DNA from: Candidatus Electrothrix yaqonensis
Lineage (GTDB): Bacteria; Desulfobacterota; Desulfobulbia; Desulfobulbales; Desulfobulbaceae
Assembly: GCA_047651235.1 (NCBI GenBank)
Contig: CP178758.1
Location: 3,120,001-3,152,000, forward strand
Length of the DNA stretch: 32,000 nt
Reading direction: 5' to 3'
Shown here: positions 15,689-25,622 of the stretch, one piece after another
Layout of the letters: each line of letters begins with the position of its first letter
How positions within the stretch are numbered: position 1 is the first letter of the stretch
Translations under genes and position numbers: made by a program
The notes under the pieces: model-generated
The model's database searches: none
Seen by the model: only the letters and a program-made list of their open reading frames with translations
What the model was told of the DNA's origin: nothing

Positions 15689-16927
15689 ATGAAATCGCCC
15701 TTTCTGCAGATACCGGCTGCAGGTATTTTTTGCCTTATCCTTACTCTCCTCACATCAGCAGCATCCGCTGCCTGCCCTTCCCCTTTCAGCAAACTTATCC
15801 GGAACGGCGGCTATGGTGTCAGTGACAGGAAGGGCAGGATAATTGCCGCCTGCAATCCTGATACCCCCTATGTTCCTGCAAGCCTGTTCAAAATTTCCAC
15901 TGCTCTGGCCGCCCAGTCCATCCTCGGCCCGGATTACCGGTTTACAACGGAATTCTATACAGACAGTGAGGACAACCTGTTTATTAAAGGCTGGGGAGAT
16001 CCCATGCTGGTTTCTGAAGAAATTCAGCTGATCTTTGCTGCCCTGAAAACACACGGGGTACAGCGGATCAACGGGATTTTTGCTGATCCCTCCAATTTTG
16101 CCTTGGAGCATCGGACGCCGGGCCGGGAGGACAGCCACAATCCCTATGATGCGCCGGTCGGGGCAGTTTCGGTGAATTTTAACACGGTTGCTGTCCGGAT
16201 CACGAAAAAAGGCGGGATCGTTTCCGGGGAAAAGCAGACCCCGATGCTGCCGATCATGCGCGAGCTTGCCAAGGGGTATGGCGCCGGATGGCACAGGATC
16301 AACATCTGCCGGGAAAAATGCAATGAGGAGGAACGGATAACTGAATATACAACCGAGCTGTTCCGGGCCCTGCAGAAAGATGCCTGCATTCCGGGAAAAG
16401 GAAAGACCGGGGTTGCCCAGGTACCCTCCGGGGCCAAGCTCGTCTACACGCATCAGAGCAGCAAAACGCTGCATGAGCTGGTGGTCTCTTTTTTGAAGCA
16501 TTCCTCAAATTTTATCGCCAATCTGGTCTATCTGACCTGCGGCGCCAAAAAATTCGGTTATCCCGCCACCTGGGCCAAGGCTGAACAGGCAGTGAATGCA
16601 GTGCTTGTTGAGCAGCTCGGTAAAAAGACTGCTGCCGCCTTTGTCCAGAAAGAAGGCGCCGGGTTGTATCGGGGCAACTGGGTTACGGTCAGGGCAATGC
16701 TGGAGCTGCTCAGGGTGTTCCGACCCTATGCCTCCCTGATGCGCAGACGTCGTGGCGTGCGCACCAAGTCCGGCACTATGAAGGGAATTTATAATTATGC
16801 CGGATACCTTGACAACGGCAATGCCTATGTTATCCTGCTGAATCAGAAACGCAATCAGCGCAGGGCAGTACTTGATCTGCTGAAGAAAGGGCGTTACGGA
16901 AAAAGGAGGAAAAATAAAAAGAAATAA
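15689..16927 (+). CDS. Serine-type D-Ala-D-Ala carboxypeptidase/endopeptidase (PBP4/S13-like)
   Basis: Signal peptide present. SxxK appears in PASLFKISTALAA, SxN in HSSNFIAN, and a KTG-like motif in TKSGTMKG. Basic C-terminal tail. Confidence 0.75.
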   Translation: MKSPFLQIPAAGIFCLILTLLTSAASAACPSPFSKLIRNGGYGVSDRKGRIIAACNPDTPYVPASLFKISTALAAQSILGPDYRFTTEFYTDSEDNLFIKGWGDPMLVSEEIQLIFAALKTHGVQRINGIFADPSNFALEHRTPGREDSHNPYDAPVGAVSVNFNTVAVRITKKGGIVSGEKQTPMLPIMRELAKGYGAGWHRINICREKCNEEERITEYTTELFRALQKDACIPGKGKTGVAQVPSGAKLVYTHQSSKTLHELVVSFLKHSSNFIANLVYLTCGAKKFGYPATWAKAEQAVNAVLVEQLGKKTAAAFVQKEGAGLYRGNWVTVRAMLELLRVFRPYASLMRRRRGVRTKSGTMKGIYNYAGYLDNGNAYVILLNQKRNQRRAVLDLLKKGRYGKRRKNKKK

Positions 16928-16960
16928 AAAGAAAACGCCTCCGTCAAAATGACAGAGGCG
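16926..16960 (-). terminator. Rho-independent terminator after the HesB-like gene
   Basis: On the minus strand: cgcctctgtc-atttt-gacggaggcg (10-bp stem with one G-U) followed by TTTTCTTTTT. Confidence 0.7.
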
Positions 16961-16984
16961 CTGAGGGAAGGAGGATACAAAAAA

Positions 16985-17323
16985 TCAGCCGCAGCTGCCT
17001 GAACTGCAGGAACCGGAGCTGCAGCCGCCACCCCCGCCCCCGACAGGGTTATCGGAGGTGATGGAAAAACCGGACCGGTATCCGGCTTCAAGGAAATCAA
17101 CCTTGATACTGCCGCAAGTAGTGAGCAGACCCTGCTCTACCAAAAACTGCACACCGCCTTCTTCAAACGTCTTGTCGTTGTCCTTTGGCTCATCCAGAGC
17201 CAATCCCAGTGACGGGCCTGCTCAGCCACCCTGCATCAGGGCGATGCGGATTGCAGACTCAATATTATTTTCGGTGAGATATGTTTTCAGATTCTCAACC
17301 GCTGAACTCGTTACTTCCAACAT
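16985..17323 (-). CDS. IscA/HesB-like selenoprotein (in-frame UGA at 17222-17224 read as Sec) with a Gly/Cys/Ser tail
   Basis: Tracked ORFs 17222-17527 and 16985-17203 share one frame. Joined, they read MLEVTSSAVENLKTYLTENNIESAIRIALMQGG-U-AGPSLGLALDEPKDND...FLEAGYRSGFSITSDNPVGGGGGGCSSGSCSSGSCG. The UGA aligns with the conserved Cys of the IscA motif (compare E. coli [21 protein letters not shown]). The start is chosen at the ATG at 17323 (GGAGG 8 nt upstream). Confidence 0.75.
17185..17203 (-). other. Candidate bacterial SECIS hairpin
   Basis: mRNA UUGGCUC-UGGAU-GAGCCAA forms a 7-bp stem with a G-containing apical loop. It begins 18 nt after the UGA. Confidence 0.55.
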
Positions 17324-17570
17324 AAACATAACCTCCGGTTCGTTCTTCATTGAGATCCGATTCGGAATCAGATCGACTCTTCGGCCTTCTATGCCGTATA
17401 TTTTCCGCTTCTTGACTTCAGTTCCTCTTCCGGTTTCCTGCGTAACCGAAAAAGAGTACAATGGAGCAGCCGTTCCATTGCGGGGCGTTCCCTGCAGGAA
17501 AATGAGACTTATTATATAGTACGGCAATTGATGAAAGAAGTCAATGGCGGGCAGGCAGGTTTGAAAGGAG

Positions 17571-17599
17571 TTGCAAAATATTCAGCCGGTTTTTACTAT
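17571..17599 (+). promoter_or_regulatory. Sigma70-type promoter upstream of pfk
   Basis: TTGCAA (17571-17576), 17-nt spacer, TACTAT (17594-17599). Confidence 0.45.
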
Positions 17600-17645
17600 T
17601 ACAGGCTCAGCTGAAGCAACAGGGTCCTCATAAACAGGGTAACAT

Positions 17646-18737
17646 ATGAATAAGATAGTAATATCAACAGGCGGCGGCGATGCGCCCGGCCTGAATGCGG
17701 TTATTTTTGCAATCGTCAACTCCGCAACCAAACTCGGCTGGGAGGTATACGGCAGCCGGCACGGCTATATGGGATTTCTGGACAAGGACGAACTGGTCCG
17801 CCTGATGCCTTCAGATGTGGAGGGCATAACCCCTATCGGCGGCACCATTCTGGGAACCACCAACAAGGGCAACCCCTTTTCCATGCCCGTAAAAAATTTT
17901 GCCGGGGAAGAAAAGCTGATCGATGTCTCGGACAGGGTCATGACCGGGTTCAAGCGCATGGGCTTCGGCTGTCATATTGCCATCGGCGGTGACGGCAGTC
18001 TGGATATTGCCCACCGTTTTACCCAGATGGGCATGCCGGTGATCGGGGTTCCTAAGACTATTGATAATGATCTGGAGGCCACAGACCGGACCTTCGGCTT
18101 TGACACAGCTGTTTCCACGGCAACCGAGGCCCTGGATAAACTGCATTCCACGGCAAAATCCCACGACCGAGTCTTTGTTGTGGAGGTCATGGGCAGGGAA
18201 TCCGGCTGGATCGCCCTGTATTCCGGAATTTCCGGCGGTGCCGATGTGATTCTGCTCCCGGAAATTCCCTTTGATATGGATGCGGTCTGTGAGAAAATCA
18301 GTGAGAACGAACTCCATAACAAACATTATTCCATCGTGGTCGTGGCGGAAGGTGCCAAGGCAGAAGGCGGAAAGGTGATCAGTCGGGGAAAAGGGGAGAC
18401 AGGCAGGCAGGAGCTGCTGCTCGGCGGGATCGGCGAATGGGTTGCTGAAGAGATCCGGCAGCGGATCGGCAAGGATACCCGTTCTCTGGTTCTCGGTCAT
18501 CTACAGCGGGGCGGCTCCCCCACCACCTTTGACCGTCTGCTGGCCCTCCGGTTCGGAGCGGCCGCTGTGCGTATGGCAGCGGCCGGGCAATTTGACCATA
18601 TGGTGGCCTGGACACCGCCCACCATGTCCTCGGTCCCGCTGGAAGAGGCGATCCGCTGCCGCAAGCAGGTGGATCTGAAAAGCGACAAGGTGCTGACTGC
18701 CCGTTCCATAGGGATCTGTCTCGGTGATCAGGAGTAG
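17646..18737 (+). CDS. pfkA: 6-phosphofructokinase
   Basis: Motifs GGGDAPGLNAVI, IGGDGS, PKTIDNDL, MGRESGW and LGHLQRGG. Confidence 0.9.
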   Translation: MNKIVISTGGGDAPGLNAVIFAIVNSATKLGWEVYGSRHGYMGFLDKDELVRLMPSDVEGITPIGGTILGTTNKGNPFSMPVKNFAGEEKLIDVSDRVMTGFKRMGFGCHIAIGGDGSLDIAHRFTQMGMPVIGVPKTIDNDLEATDRTFGFDTAVSTATEALDKLHSTAKSHDRVFVVEVMGRESGWIALYSGISGGADVILLPEIPFDMDAVCEKISENELHNKHYSIVVVAEGAKAEGGKVISRGKGETGRQELLLGGIGEWVAEEIRQRIGKDTRSLVLGHLQRGGSPTTFDRLLALRFGAAAVRMAAAGQFDHMVAWTPPTMSSVPLEEAIRCRKQVDLKSDKVLTARSIGICLGDQE

Positions 18738-18740
18738 GCT

Positions 18741-19418
18741 GTGCTCTCCGATTCTTTGGAGGAAATCTACCGGCGCCTGCTGGAGCATTTCGGGCCGCAG
18801 CACTGGTGGCCCGGTGATACTCCGTTTGAGATTATGGTGGGGGCGATTTTGACCCAGAACACCAACTGGCAGAATGTGGAAAAGGCCATCAGCAATTTGA
18901 AGGCGACAGGTGTGCTGTCGTTTCCGGCCATATCTGCCCTTGACCGGGAAGAACTGGCTGAATACATCCGTCCGGCAGGATATTATAATATTAAAGCAGG
19001 CCGGTTGCAGAACCTGTTTTCCATGATTGAGGAACAGTGGAGCGGTGATGTGGATGCTCTGCTTGGGCAGTCTGCTGCCGTGCTGCGGGAACAGCTGCTT
19101 TCGGTCAAGGGGATCGGGCCGGAGACGGCGGATTCAATTATTCTTTATGCAGCTGAACAGCCGGTTTTTGTGGTGGATGCCTATACCCACCGCATCCTGC
19201 TGCGCCACGAACTGATTTCTGAAGACTGCGATTATCACCAGATGCAGGAGCTGTTTATGGATAATCTGGCTGAAGATACCGCCTTATTCAACGAATACCA
19301 TGCTCTGCTCGTGCAGGTCGGCAAGCGTTTCTGCAGGAAATCCAAACCGCAGTGCAGGGCGTGCCCGCTGGCCGGAGTTAACGATATAAACCTAATGACA
19401 GAGGTTATCCCGGACTGA
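18741..19418 (+). CDS. Endonuclease III-related HhH-GPD family protein
   Basis: 225 aa with a GTG start. Contains [16 protein letters not shown] and the HhH segment [19 protein letters not shown]-terminal [13 protein letters not shown] carries only three Cys. Confidence 0.8.
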   Translation: MLSDSLEEIYRRLLEHFGPQHWWPGDTPFEIMVGAILTQNTNWQNVEKAISNLKATGVLSFPAISALDREELAEYIRPAGYYNIKAGRLQNLFSMIEEQWSGDVDALLGQSAAVLREQLLSVKGIGPETADSIILYAAEQPVFVVDAYTHRILLRHELISEDCDYHQMQELFMDNLAEDTALFNEYHALLVQVGKRFCRKSKPQCRACPLAGVNDINLMTEVIPD

Positions 19419-22400
19419 CCGGTTGAACAGCCTGTTCACTGGGGTGGCCCTGTTTCTTCTTTCTGTCAGTCCGCTGCATGTCAATATACCGGGAAATAAC
19501 GGTGAACATCTCCTGCTCGTTCAGCGGCTTGCCGATATGTGCATTCATACCGGCTTCCCGGCTTTTTTTCTGATCCGAGGTCATGACATTGGCGGTCAGG
19601 GCGATGACAGGCAGGTTTTTATGCTGCGGCATTCTGCGGAGTTCCCGGCAGGCCGTGTATCCGTCCATAACCGGCATCTGAATATCCATGAGTACGCAGT
19701 CAAAGGTTTCAGTCTGCAGGATCTCCAGGGCTTCGGCCCCGTTGCTCGCCACGGTGACAGTAATCCCTTTGCGGCCCAGCAGAATTCTGGCCAGCTCCTG
19801 ATTCAGGGCATTGTCTTCTGCCAGCAACACCTTGGCGCCCTGCAGATCGAAAAATTCTTCCTGCATTTTTTCCCCCTCCCGCTCCTCCGGTTCACTGTCA
19901 CAGGCGGCAAAGGGCAGAGTAAAATAAAATCGGGATCCCTGCCCCACTTCGCTCTCGAACCAGATTGCGCCGCCCATCATCTCAACGAGCTTTTTACTGA
20001 TGGACAGTCCCAGGCCGGTACCGCCGAACCGTCTGGTCGTGGAACTGTCTGCCTGACTGAAGGACTTGAACAGTTTACTCTGTTGTTTCGGGGTCATGCC
20101 GATCCCGGTGTCAGCAACACAGAATTCCAGCATAACGGTACTGTTCCGCCGGTCGCGTTGTTCAACAGTGATGGTCACCCCGCCCTGACCGGTAAACTTG
20201 ACGGCGTTGTTGCCCAAGTTGATCAGCACCTGCCCCAGACGCAGGGGATCGCCCTGCAGCCGGTCCGGAATATCAGCCGCAATATCAACATCCAGCTTCA
20301 GCCCCTTTTCCGAGACCTTCAGATCGATCATATCGATACAGTTCTCAAAGACTTTGGTCAGACGGAACGGAACTGTCTCGATCTCCAGTTTTCCTGCCTC
20401 GATCTTGGAAAAATCAAGAATATCATTGATGATACCGAGCAGAGACTCTGCGGAAATATACACTTTTTCGATATAGTTCCTCTGTTCTTCATCCAGATCG
20501 GTTTCCAGCGTCAGGCTGGACATGCCGAGAATGGCGTTCATCGGGGTGCGAATTTCATGGCTCATATTAGCCAGAAATTCGGATTTGGCTTCACTGGCTG
20601 CCTCTGCCCGCTGCTGAGCCTCGGCCAGTTTTACAGTAATGTATTCATATTCAGTGATATCTTCGAGAATACCGTTGACGGCAAGCAGCCTGCCTGAGCT
20701 GTCCCGAACCGGATGCGAGGAAACCCTGATGGTCCGCAGTTCGCCGTCCGGGTGGAAGAACTGCATGTCATGCTGAACAGAATCGGCTTTACCGTCCTGT
20801 ATTCTGGAAAGGTGAAAACGCGCCTGATCCAGGGATTCCGGAACCCAGTCAATGATTCTGCTCCATGCTATCCCCTTGCCTTTGTGCAGTACTTCCTGGG
20901 CGCAGCCGAAGACAGAGGTCATGCTGTTACTTGCATAGGTCCATTCTTCAGCATCCGGCTTCTGGCTGAACACAACAAACTTGTCGCCGATACTCTCAAC
21001 AAGCTGCTGATATTTCTCCCGGCTTTCTTTCAGCAGGGCTTCTTTTCTCTTGCTCTCAGTAATATCACGGACCAGCTGCAGCACGGAACAGCCGGTGTCG
21101 CTCTCTGTACATCTTGTTGCGGTAATCTCAAAAAATCGTCTGCTGCCCCCTGCAGGAAGAGAGCAGACCGACTTTGCCTCTTTCAGGGCGGTGTTCACAT
21201 GCGGGCAGTACCACGGACTCTGCTCGCCATCAGCCAGAAGGGTGCAATTTTTTTCTGTCATGTCCCCGAACCAGTCGATCATTACCTGATTCATGTAGCG
21301 CACCGTATGATCGTCATCAATAATGATCAGCCCTTCGCCGAGCCGGGCAAGGGCGTCAATAATGGCCGAGGATCGGGCCAGAAAGGCTCTGAGTTCGCTG
21401 TTCACCTTTTTCAGCTCAGTGACTCTGGCATTGAGTTCAGCTGTCCGTTCCCGGACCTGCTGTTCCGCCTTGGCCAGTTTCCAAGCACCGAAGGCAATGA
21501 GCAGCAGCAGGACTGCACAGGCTCTGGTGATCTTTCTGCGGACAGCATATATGATTTCACTGATCACTCCGCTGTTTACACGAGAAACGACCTTCCAGAA
21601 GTACTCATCTGTTTTCTGCGGAACAGAACCGGATCTGCCGGATTCTTCAATCTGCAGCTCCTCCAGCGGCTGCACGGTGCTCCAGACCCATAAACCGTCC
21701 CGGTTGAGCAGAGACCCCTTCTGCCGCTGCCCGATTTCCTGCCAAACTGCCGGGAAACGCGCTTGCAGACGCAGCTCCTGCCGGTTGAACATGAAACCCC
21801 ACTCGTCCTCATGATCAGGGCTGAGCAGCCAGTATCCTTTGCTGTTCAGCACGGAAATACGGTCTCCGGCAGCAGCAGTGGCTGCCTGAAAATTGTCCAC
21901 CATGTTGCGGGCGGAATAATTCAGGATCAGAATACCGAGCCGGTTGCCCTGTCGGTCGCTCAGCGGAGTGGCAATGCGGATTGTCGGCTTCAGGGGCTGT
22001 TCGATTTTGCTGTGCTCGATATTGAGATCCAGGGGTGAGATAAAAATCTCTCCAGGCGCCAGAGCAGCCGCTTCGGTAAAATAATACCTTCCCTGTTTAT
22101 TCTGCAGTTCCTCCGGCGGGATGATTCTCGGCCGGTCCGGCGAATAATCCACCCGTACCCGCTCCATACCGGCGCTATCCAGCCAGCGCACCTGATCATA
22201 TATCCCTTTACTATCTGAAAAAACAACAAAGTCCTCGGCAAGATGCTGCAGATTCGCGCTGTCCGGCCTGCGTATCCGGTCAATCAGCTCATGCTGACCT
22301 GCCAGGTAAAGCAGATCCCTGCAGATGTTCTTCAGGGTATAAGACAATGTGCCCGCCCCCTGACCGACATACAGGGTTTCCCGCGTTATCAGGTGGTTTA

Positions 22401-22503
22401 TCTCGTTTTTTATTTCCTGGCGGCCGTACCACCAGGCACCTACCAGCAGCAAAACGAGAGCGGGAACCATGCGTTTCAGAAACAGGGCGTATTGAATCCG
22501 CAT
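19405..22503 (-). CDS. Hybrid sensor histidine kinase/response regulator (2 TM, Cache-like periplasmic domain, PAS domains, HisKA, HATPase_c, REC)
   Basis: H-box [21 protein letters not shown]-boxes DTGIGM and [21 protein letters not shown] domain [12 protein letters not shown]...[15 protein letters not shown]-terminal TM, about 290 aa, then a second TM. Confidence 0.9.
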   Translation of the reverse strand: MRIQYALFLKRMVPALVLLLVGAWWYGRQEIKNEINHLITRETLYVGQGAGTLSYTLKNICRDLLYLAGQHELIDRIRRPDSANLQHLAEDFVVFSDSKGIYDQVRWLDSAGMERVRVDYSPDRPRIIPPEELQNKQGRYYFTEAAALAPGEIFISPLDLNIEHSKIEQPLKPTIRIATPLSDRQGNRLGILILNYSARNMVDNFQAATAAAGDRISVLNSKGYWLLSPDHEDEWGFMFNRQELRLQARFPAVWQEIGQRQKGSLLNRDGLWVWSTVQPLEELQIEESGRSGSVPQKTDEYFWKVVSRVNSGVISEIIYAVRRKITRACAVLLLLIAFGAWKLAKAEQQVRERTAELNARVTELKKVNSELRAFLARSSAIIDALARLGEGLIIIDDDHTVRYMNQVMIDWFGDMTEKNCTLLADGEQSPWYCPHVNTALKEAKSVCSLPAGGSRRFFEITATRCTESDTGCSVLQLVRDITESKRKEALLKESREKYQQLVESIGDKFVVFSQKPDAEEWTYASNSMTSVFGCAQEVLHKGKGIAWSRIIDWVPESLDQARFHLSRIQDGKADSVQHDMQFFHPDGELRTIRVSSHPVRDSSGRLLAVNGILEDITEYEYITVKLAEAQQRAEAASEAKSEFLANMSHEIRTPMNAILGMSSLTLETDLDEEQRNYIEKVYISAESLLGIINDILDFSKIEAGKLEIETVPFRLTKVFENCIDMIDLKVSEKGLKLDVDIAADIPDRLQGDPLRLGQVLINLGNNAVKFTGQGGVTITVEQRDRRNSTVMLEFCVADTGIGMTPKQQSKLFKSFSQADSSTTRRFGGTGLGLSISKKLVEMMGGAIWFESEVGQGSRFYFTLPFAACDSEPEEREGEKMQEEFFDLQGAKVLLAEDNALNQELARILLGRKGITVTVASNGAEALEILQTETFDCVLMDIQMPVMDGYTACRELRRMPQHKNLPVIALTANVMTSDQKKSREAGMNAHIGKPLNEQEMFTVISRYIDMQRTDRKKKQGHPSEQAVQPVSPG

Positions 22504-22713
22504 AATTCACTTTTTCCGTATCCTGTTTACACCGTTGAACAACGATATGACTATGTCATGGTTTCATCTTTCCCGTCAATATAAAATTTCCCTCCTTTTT
22601 GCAGTACCGGAGAAAACCGGCATACAGACTGCTTCAAAGGTCAGGTCAACGCAGGGACTTCTTGTTCATGTCTTCGGGAAATTAGCTGCCGCAATGCTGA
22701 TGCTGACACCGGC

Positions 22714-22738
22714 TTTCAACTCCTAATTCGCATTGATA
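22714..22738. repeat. 25-nt dispersed repeat, copy 2
   Basis: tttcaactcctaattcgcattgata is the exact reverse complement of 1970-1994. Confidence 0.85.
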
Positions 22739-22763
22739 GGCAGTTTCCTCTGTCTAATTATTG

Positions 22764-22777
22764 ACTGATGTTACGCA
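22764..22777. repeat. Third copy of the 14-mer actgatgttacgca (TIR core of the 6193-6292 element)
   Basis: Exact 14/14 match, and 15/16 match to the TIR. No inverted partner is seen nearby. Confidence 0.8.
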
Positions 22778-22829
22778 TTCGGCCCACTTATAGTATGCTG
22801 GAGGCATGAATACAAAATATCTTGATCTC

Positions 22830-22948
22830 TATAGCTGGAGCAGTATAAACTGAATACAGGATCAGCTATCTGAAAGGCGTGAAGGCAAAACTTATGCCTC
22901 TTGTGGGCATATTCAAATTATGTTGCTCCAGCTATAATTTCAGTTTAT
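22830..22948. repeat. Interleaved inverted-repeat pairs in an AT-rich intergenic stretch
   Basis: A is tatagctggagca (22830-22842) and A' is tgctccagctata (22924-22936). B is ataaactgaa (22845-22854) and B' is ttcagtttat (22939-22948). The order is A-B...A'-B', which is not a simple hairpin. Confidence 0.75.
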
Positions 22949-23114
22949 TTCAGAATATTCCAACCCGATCTGCTCTGTCGGACAGCCTTCAGGGCAGACA
23001 GGGCAATCGCATGTCTATAACTTGACCTCCCGACTGACAGGTGAGCTGTCAGGCTCCGCCTGTTCCTGCGTTGTATCGGCTGCAGAAAGACTCTTGCACG
23101 ACTGTTATTTCCCC

Positions 23115-23143
23115 TTGCCGCCTGCCCGGTTCTTCAGTAGAAT
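23115..23143 (+). promoter_or_regulatory. Candidate sigma70 promoter of the Hsp70 operon
   Basis: TTGCCG (23115-23120), 17-nt spacer, TAGAAT (23138-23143). Confidence 0.4.
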
Positions 23144-23164
23144 AATTTCACCGTGTTACCATAA

Positions 23165-23197
23165 ATACTGTATCAGTACTGTATCAATACTGTCTCC
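23165..23197 (+). promoter_or_regulatory. Three tandem 11-bp direct repeats (candidate operator) just downstream of the putative promoter
   Basis: atactgtatca / gtactgtatca / atactgtctcc, with exact 11-bp (one helical turn) phasing. Confidence 0.5.
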
Positions 23198-23279
23198 TTG
23201 ACTTCATGCGGGTTTCCTGCTCCCCTGCACCGGTCTCTGCCCGGAAAAGGATACCCTGCGCATCGGTAACTGTTTGGTT

Positions 23280-25622
23280 ATGAAAAAATCAATAGGCATT
23301 GATCTCGGCACCACTAACTCTGTTGCTGCGATAAAGAAGGTCAGTACAGAAGTCCTGAAAAATGCAGAGGGCGAATATATTACGCCGTCCTGCGTGACTG
23401 TGAAAAAACGCCTGATGCGCAAACCGGAATTCATTGTCGGGCGCAATGCACTGGAATGGATACACCAGGAACCGGGAGATACCATAACTGCGGTCAAGCG
23501 TCTTATCGGGCGGAATTTTCATGACAAAGAGGTGCAGGAGCTGATCACTGAGCATGGCGTACATTACCGGCTTGCATCCCATTCACAGGGTTCGGCGAAC
23601 AGCCTCGCCATTCTGGCCGGAGGAAAAGAGTTCACCCCGGAAGAGATTTCGGCAAAAATTCTGACCAAGATAAAGGCGGATGCGGAAGCTGCTCTCGGCG
23701 ACCGGGTGGATACCGCCGTGATCACTGTTCCTGCCTATTTCAATGATAAACAGAAGCATGCCACCAGAACAGCCGCTGCCTTGGCTGGCCTGAAAGTACG
23801 CCGTCTGCTGCCTGAACCCACGGCTGCAGCTATTTCCTTCGGAGTGGACAGAATCTCTGGTCATGACGGTCGGACCGTGCTGGTTTTTGACTTCGGCGGC
23901 GGAACCCTTGACCTGTCCATTCTGACCATCAGCGGCGGACGGATCATTGAGATGGGCAAAGGCGGCGATATGTGGCTGGGCGGAGAGGACATTGATGCCC
24001 TTATTATTGATTATGTGCTGGAGAAAACCGCAGAGAAGGAACGGATTGCTGATATCGGCGCCTTTCTTGACCGGCAGAAAAAAGCACAGAAAATCAGGTT
24101 TCTCTCTGCGCTGAAAACTGCGGCGGAAAAGACTAAAATTATTCTGAGCAACAGCAGGGAAACCTGTATCGAGGTCCTCGGTCTTCTGCTGGATGATGAT
24201 GGCGATGCCCTAGACATTGAGGTTGACCTGACCCGCGCCCGGTTTGACGCGATGATGCAGCCCATGCTGCATTCCATGCTGGAGCTTGTCCGGGGCCTGC
24301 TTGCTGATGTCCACTTTACCGAAGACCTGATCGACAATATTCTGCTTGTGGGCGGCAGTGCGCGCATTCCCTGTGTTATCAAAGCACTGCAGGGGGAATT
24401 CGGCACAGATCGGGTTCTGCTGCATGAACGGCCCATGCTTGCTGTGGCCGAAGGGGCCGCCATCCTCAGTCATCGCCTTGCCGATACCCTGGAATGTCCG
24501 CAATGCGGTCAGAATGCGGCGCAGCAGGATGCGGTCTGTCCCCATTGCGGCTTTGATCTTGACAGCTATACTGTTGAGCAGGGCGTTGTTGAAATTGTCC
24601 ACACGGCTGCGCATGATTATTTTATCCGGCTGGAAAATAACCGGCGTTTTCTGATGATCGAGAAAAATACGCCCTTGCCCTGCTCCTGCACCGAGGTCTT
24701 TCAGCTTGTTGATGCGGCGCAGCAGCTGGTACATATGAAGTTCTCCAATATGGTCAACGGGCAGGAGCAGAGTATCGGCGATCTCTGGCTCGGCATTGAT
24801 CGGAACGACCGGGAGAAAAGCCCCGGCAGGGAAACAGCGGCGGAAAAGGCGCAGGTCTCCCCGGAACCTGCACGTCTTGCTGTTACCTTGGATATTGATG
24901 AGAATAACCTGGTTTCCGTCAATGCGGCCTTGGTTGATCAGTCTGAGATTGCGGTTTCAAGGACGTTGTCCCGGGGAAAAGCGGACGAAAAACTCTTTCT
25001 TGCCCTTGAACAGGCAATCAGCGATGCTGACAGACGGCAGTACTCGGCCTATACGGTGATTGACCTGCTGAACCGGACCCGCTCCATTATTACAGCAATC
25101 AACCGTGTTGTGCATCCGGTGACCGGCGTGGTGCATGAAGCACGGTATGAAGAGGCGCAGGGCATGATCCGCAAGGCGGTGCAGATTGCGGAGAATGAAG
25201 AGGCGCCGCTGACCCAGATATACTATGCGGAAAGTATGCTGGAGGATTACGGCATGCTGATCGCCCCGGAAATACAGGAAACTCTGCAGGAAAGAATCGC
25301 CGCCCTGCGCCAGGCGGACAGCCACGGTTCCTACGGGGAAACAATGCAGGCCTCCGAGGCTCTTGCCGAGGCCCTGGATGACGACGGACTGGCTTTGGTC
25401 AATACCTTGGTGCAGATCGAGAATGCCGGAGAAATCTGTTATGCCGATGATCCCGGCAAGGCAAAACGGTTTCTCCGGGTTGTTTCAGACGTTCTGAAAG
25501 CGGCCGAAAAAGGTGATCCCTCTGTGGAGGACAAGGTGAATGCAATCATGCCGGAGGTGGATGAAGTGCTGGACAGATACGCCAGAAGTACGCAGAAGAT
25601 CCACAGAGATATCCGCAGATAA
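23280..25622 (+). CDS. Atypical Hsp70 family ATPase with a zinc ribbon inserted between NBD and SBD and a divergent helical C-terminus
   Basis: NBD motifs IGIDLGTTNS, DFGGGTLD and LVGGSARIP. Zinc ribbon CPQCGQNAAQQDAVCPHCG. SBD-beta-like NTPLPCSCTEVF...LAVTLDIDENNLVSVNA. The ATG at 23280 is preferred over the tracked TTG at 23274. Confidence 0.85.
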   Translation: MKKSIGIDLGTTNSVAAIKKVSTEVLKNAEGEYITPSCVTVKKRLMRKPEFIVGRNALEWIHQEPGDTITAVKRLIGRNFHDKEVQELITEHGVHYRLASHSQGSANSLAILAGGKEFTPEEISAKILTKIKADAEAALGDRVDTAVITVPAYFNDKQKHATRTAAALAGLKVRRLLPEPTAAAISFGVDRISGHDGRTVLVFDFGGGTLDLSILTISGGRIIEMGKGGDMWLGGEDIDALIIDYVLEKTAEKERIADIGAFLDRQKKAQKIRFLSALKTAAEKTKIILSNSRETCIEVLGLLLDDDGDALDIEVDLTRARFDAMMQPMLHSMLELVRGLLADVHFTEDLIDNILLVGGSARIPCVIKALQGEFGTDRVLLHERPMLAVAEGAAILSHRLADTLECPQCGQNAAQQDAVCPHCGFDLDSYTVEQGVVEIVHTAAHDYFIRLENNRRFLMIEKNTPLPCSCTEVFQLVDAAQQLVHMKFSNMVNGQEQSIGDLWLGIDRNDREKSPGRETAAEKAQVSPEPARLAVTLDIDENNLVSVNAALVDQSEIAVSRTLSRGKADEKLFLALEQAISDADRRQYSAYTVIDLLNRTRSIITAINRVVHPVTGVVHEARYEEAQGMIRKAVQIAENEEAPLTQIYYAESMLEDYGMLIAPEIQETLQERIAALRQADSHGSYGETMQASEALAEALDDDGLALVNTLVQIENAGEICYADDPGKAKRFLRVVSDVLKAAEKGDPSVEDKVNAIMPEVDEVLDRYARSTQKIHRDIRR

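Noticed and set aside
22535-22726. 63-aa ORF upstream of the kinase gene
   Set aside because: It has no RBS and no motif, and its end overlaps the 25-nt dispersed repeat. It is more likely non-coding.
23165-23197. LexA/SOS box, suggested by the TACTGTAT words
   Set aside because: The repeats are direct, not the CTGT-N8-ACAG palindrome. No ACAG half-site is present.
23221-23240. Sigma-54 promoter (ctgcaccggtctctgcc) ahead of the Hsp70 gene
   Set aside because: The -24 GG is replaced (CTGCAC rather than TGGCAC), and the -12 element and spacing do not fit the consensus.
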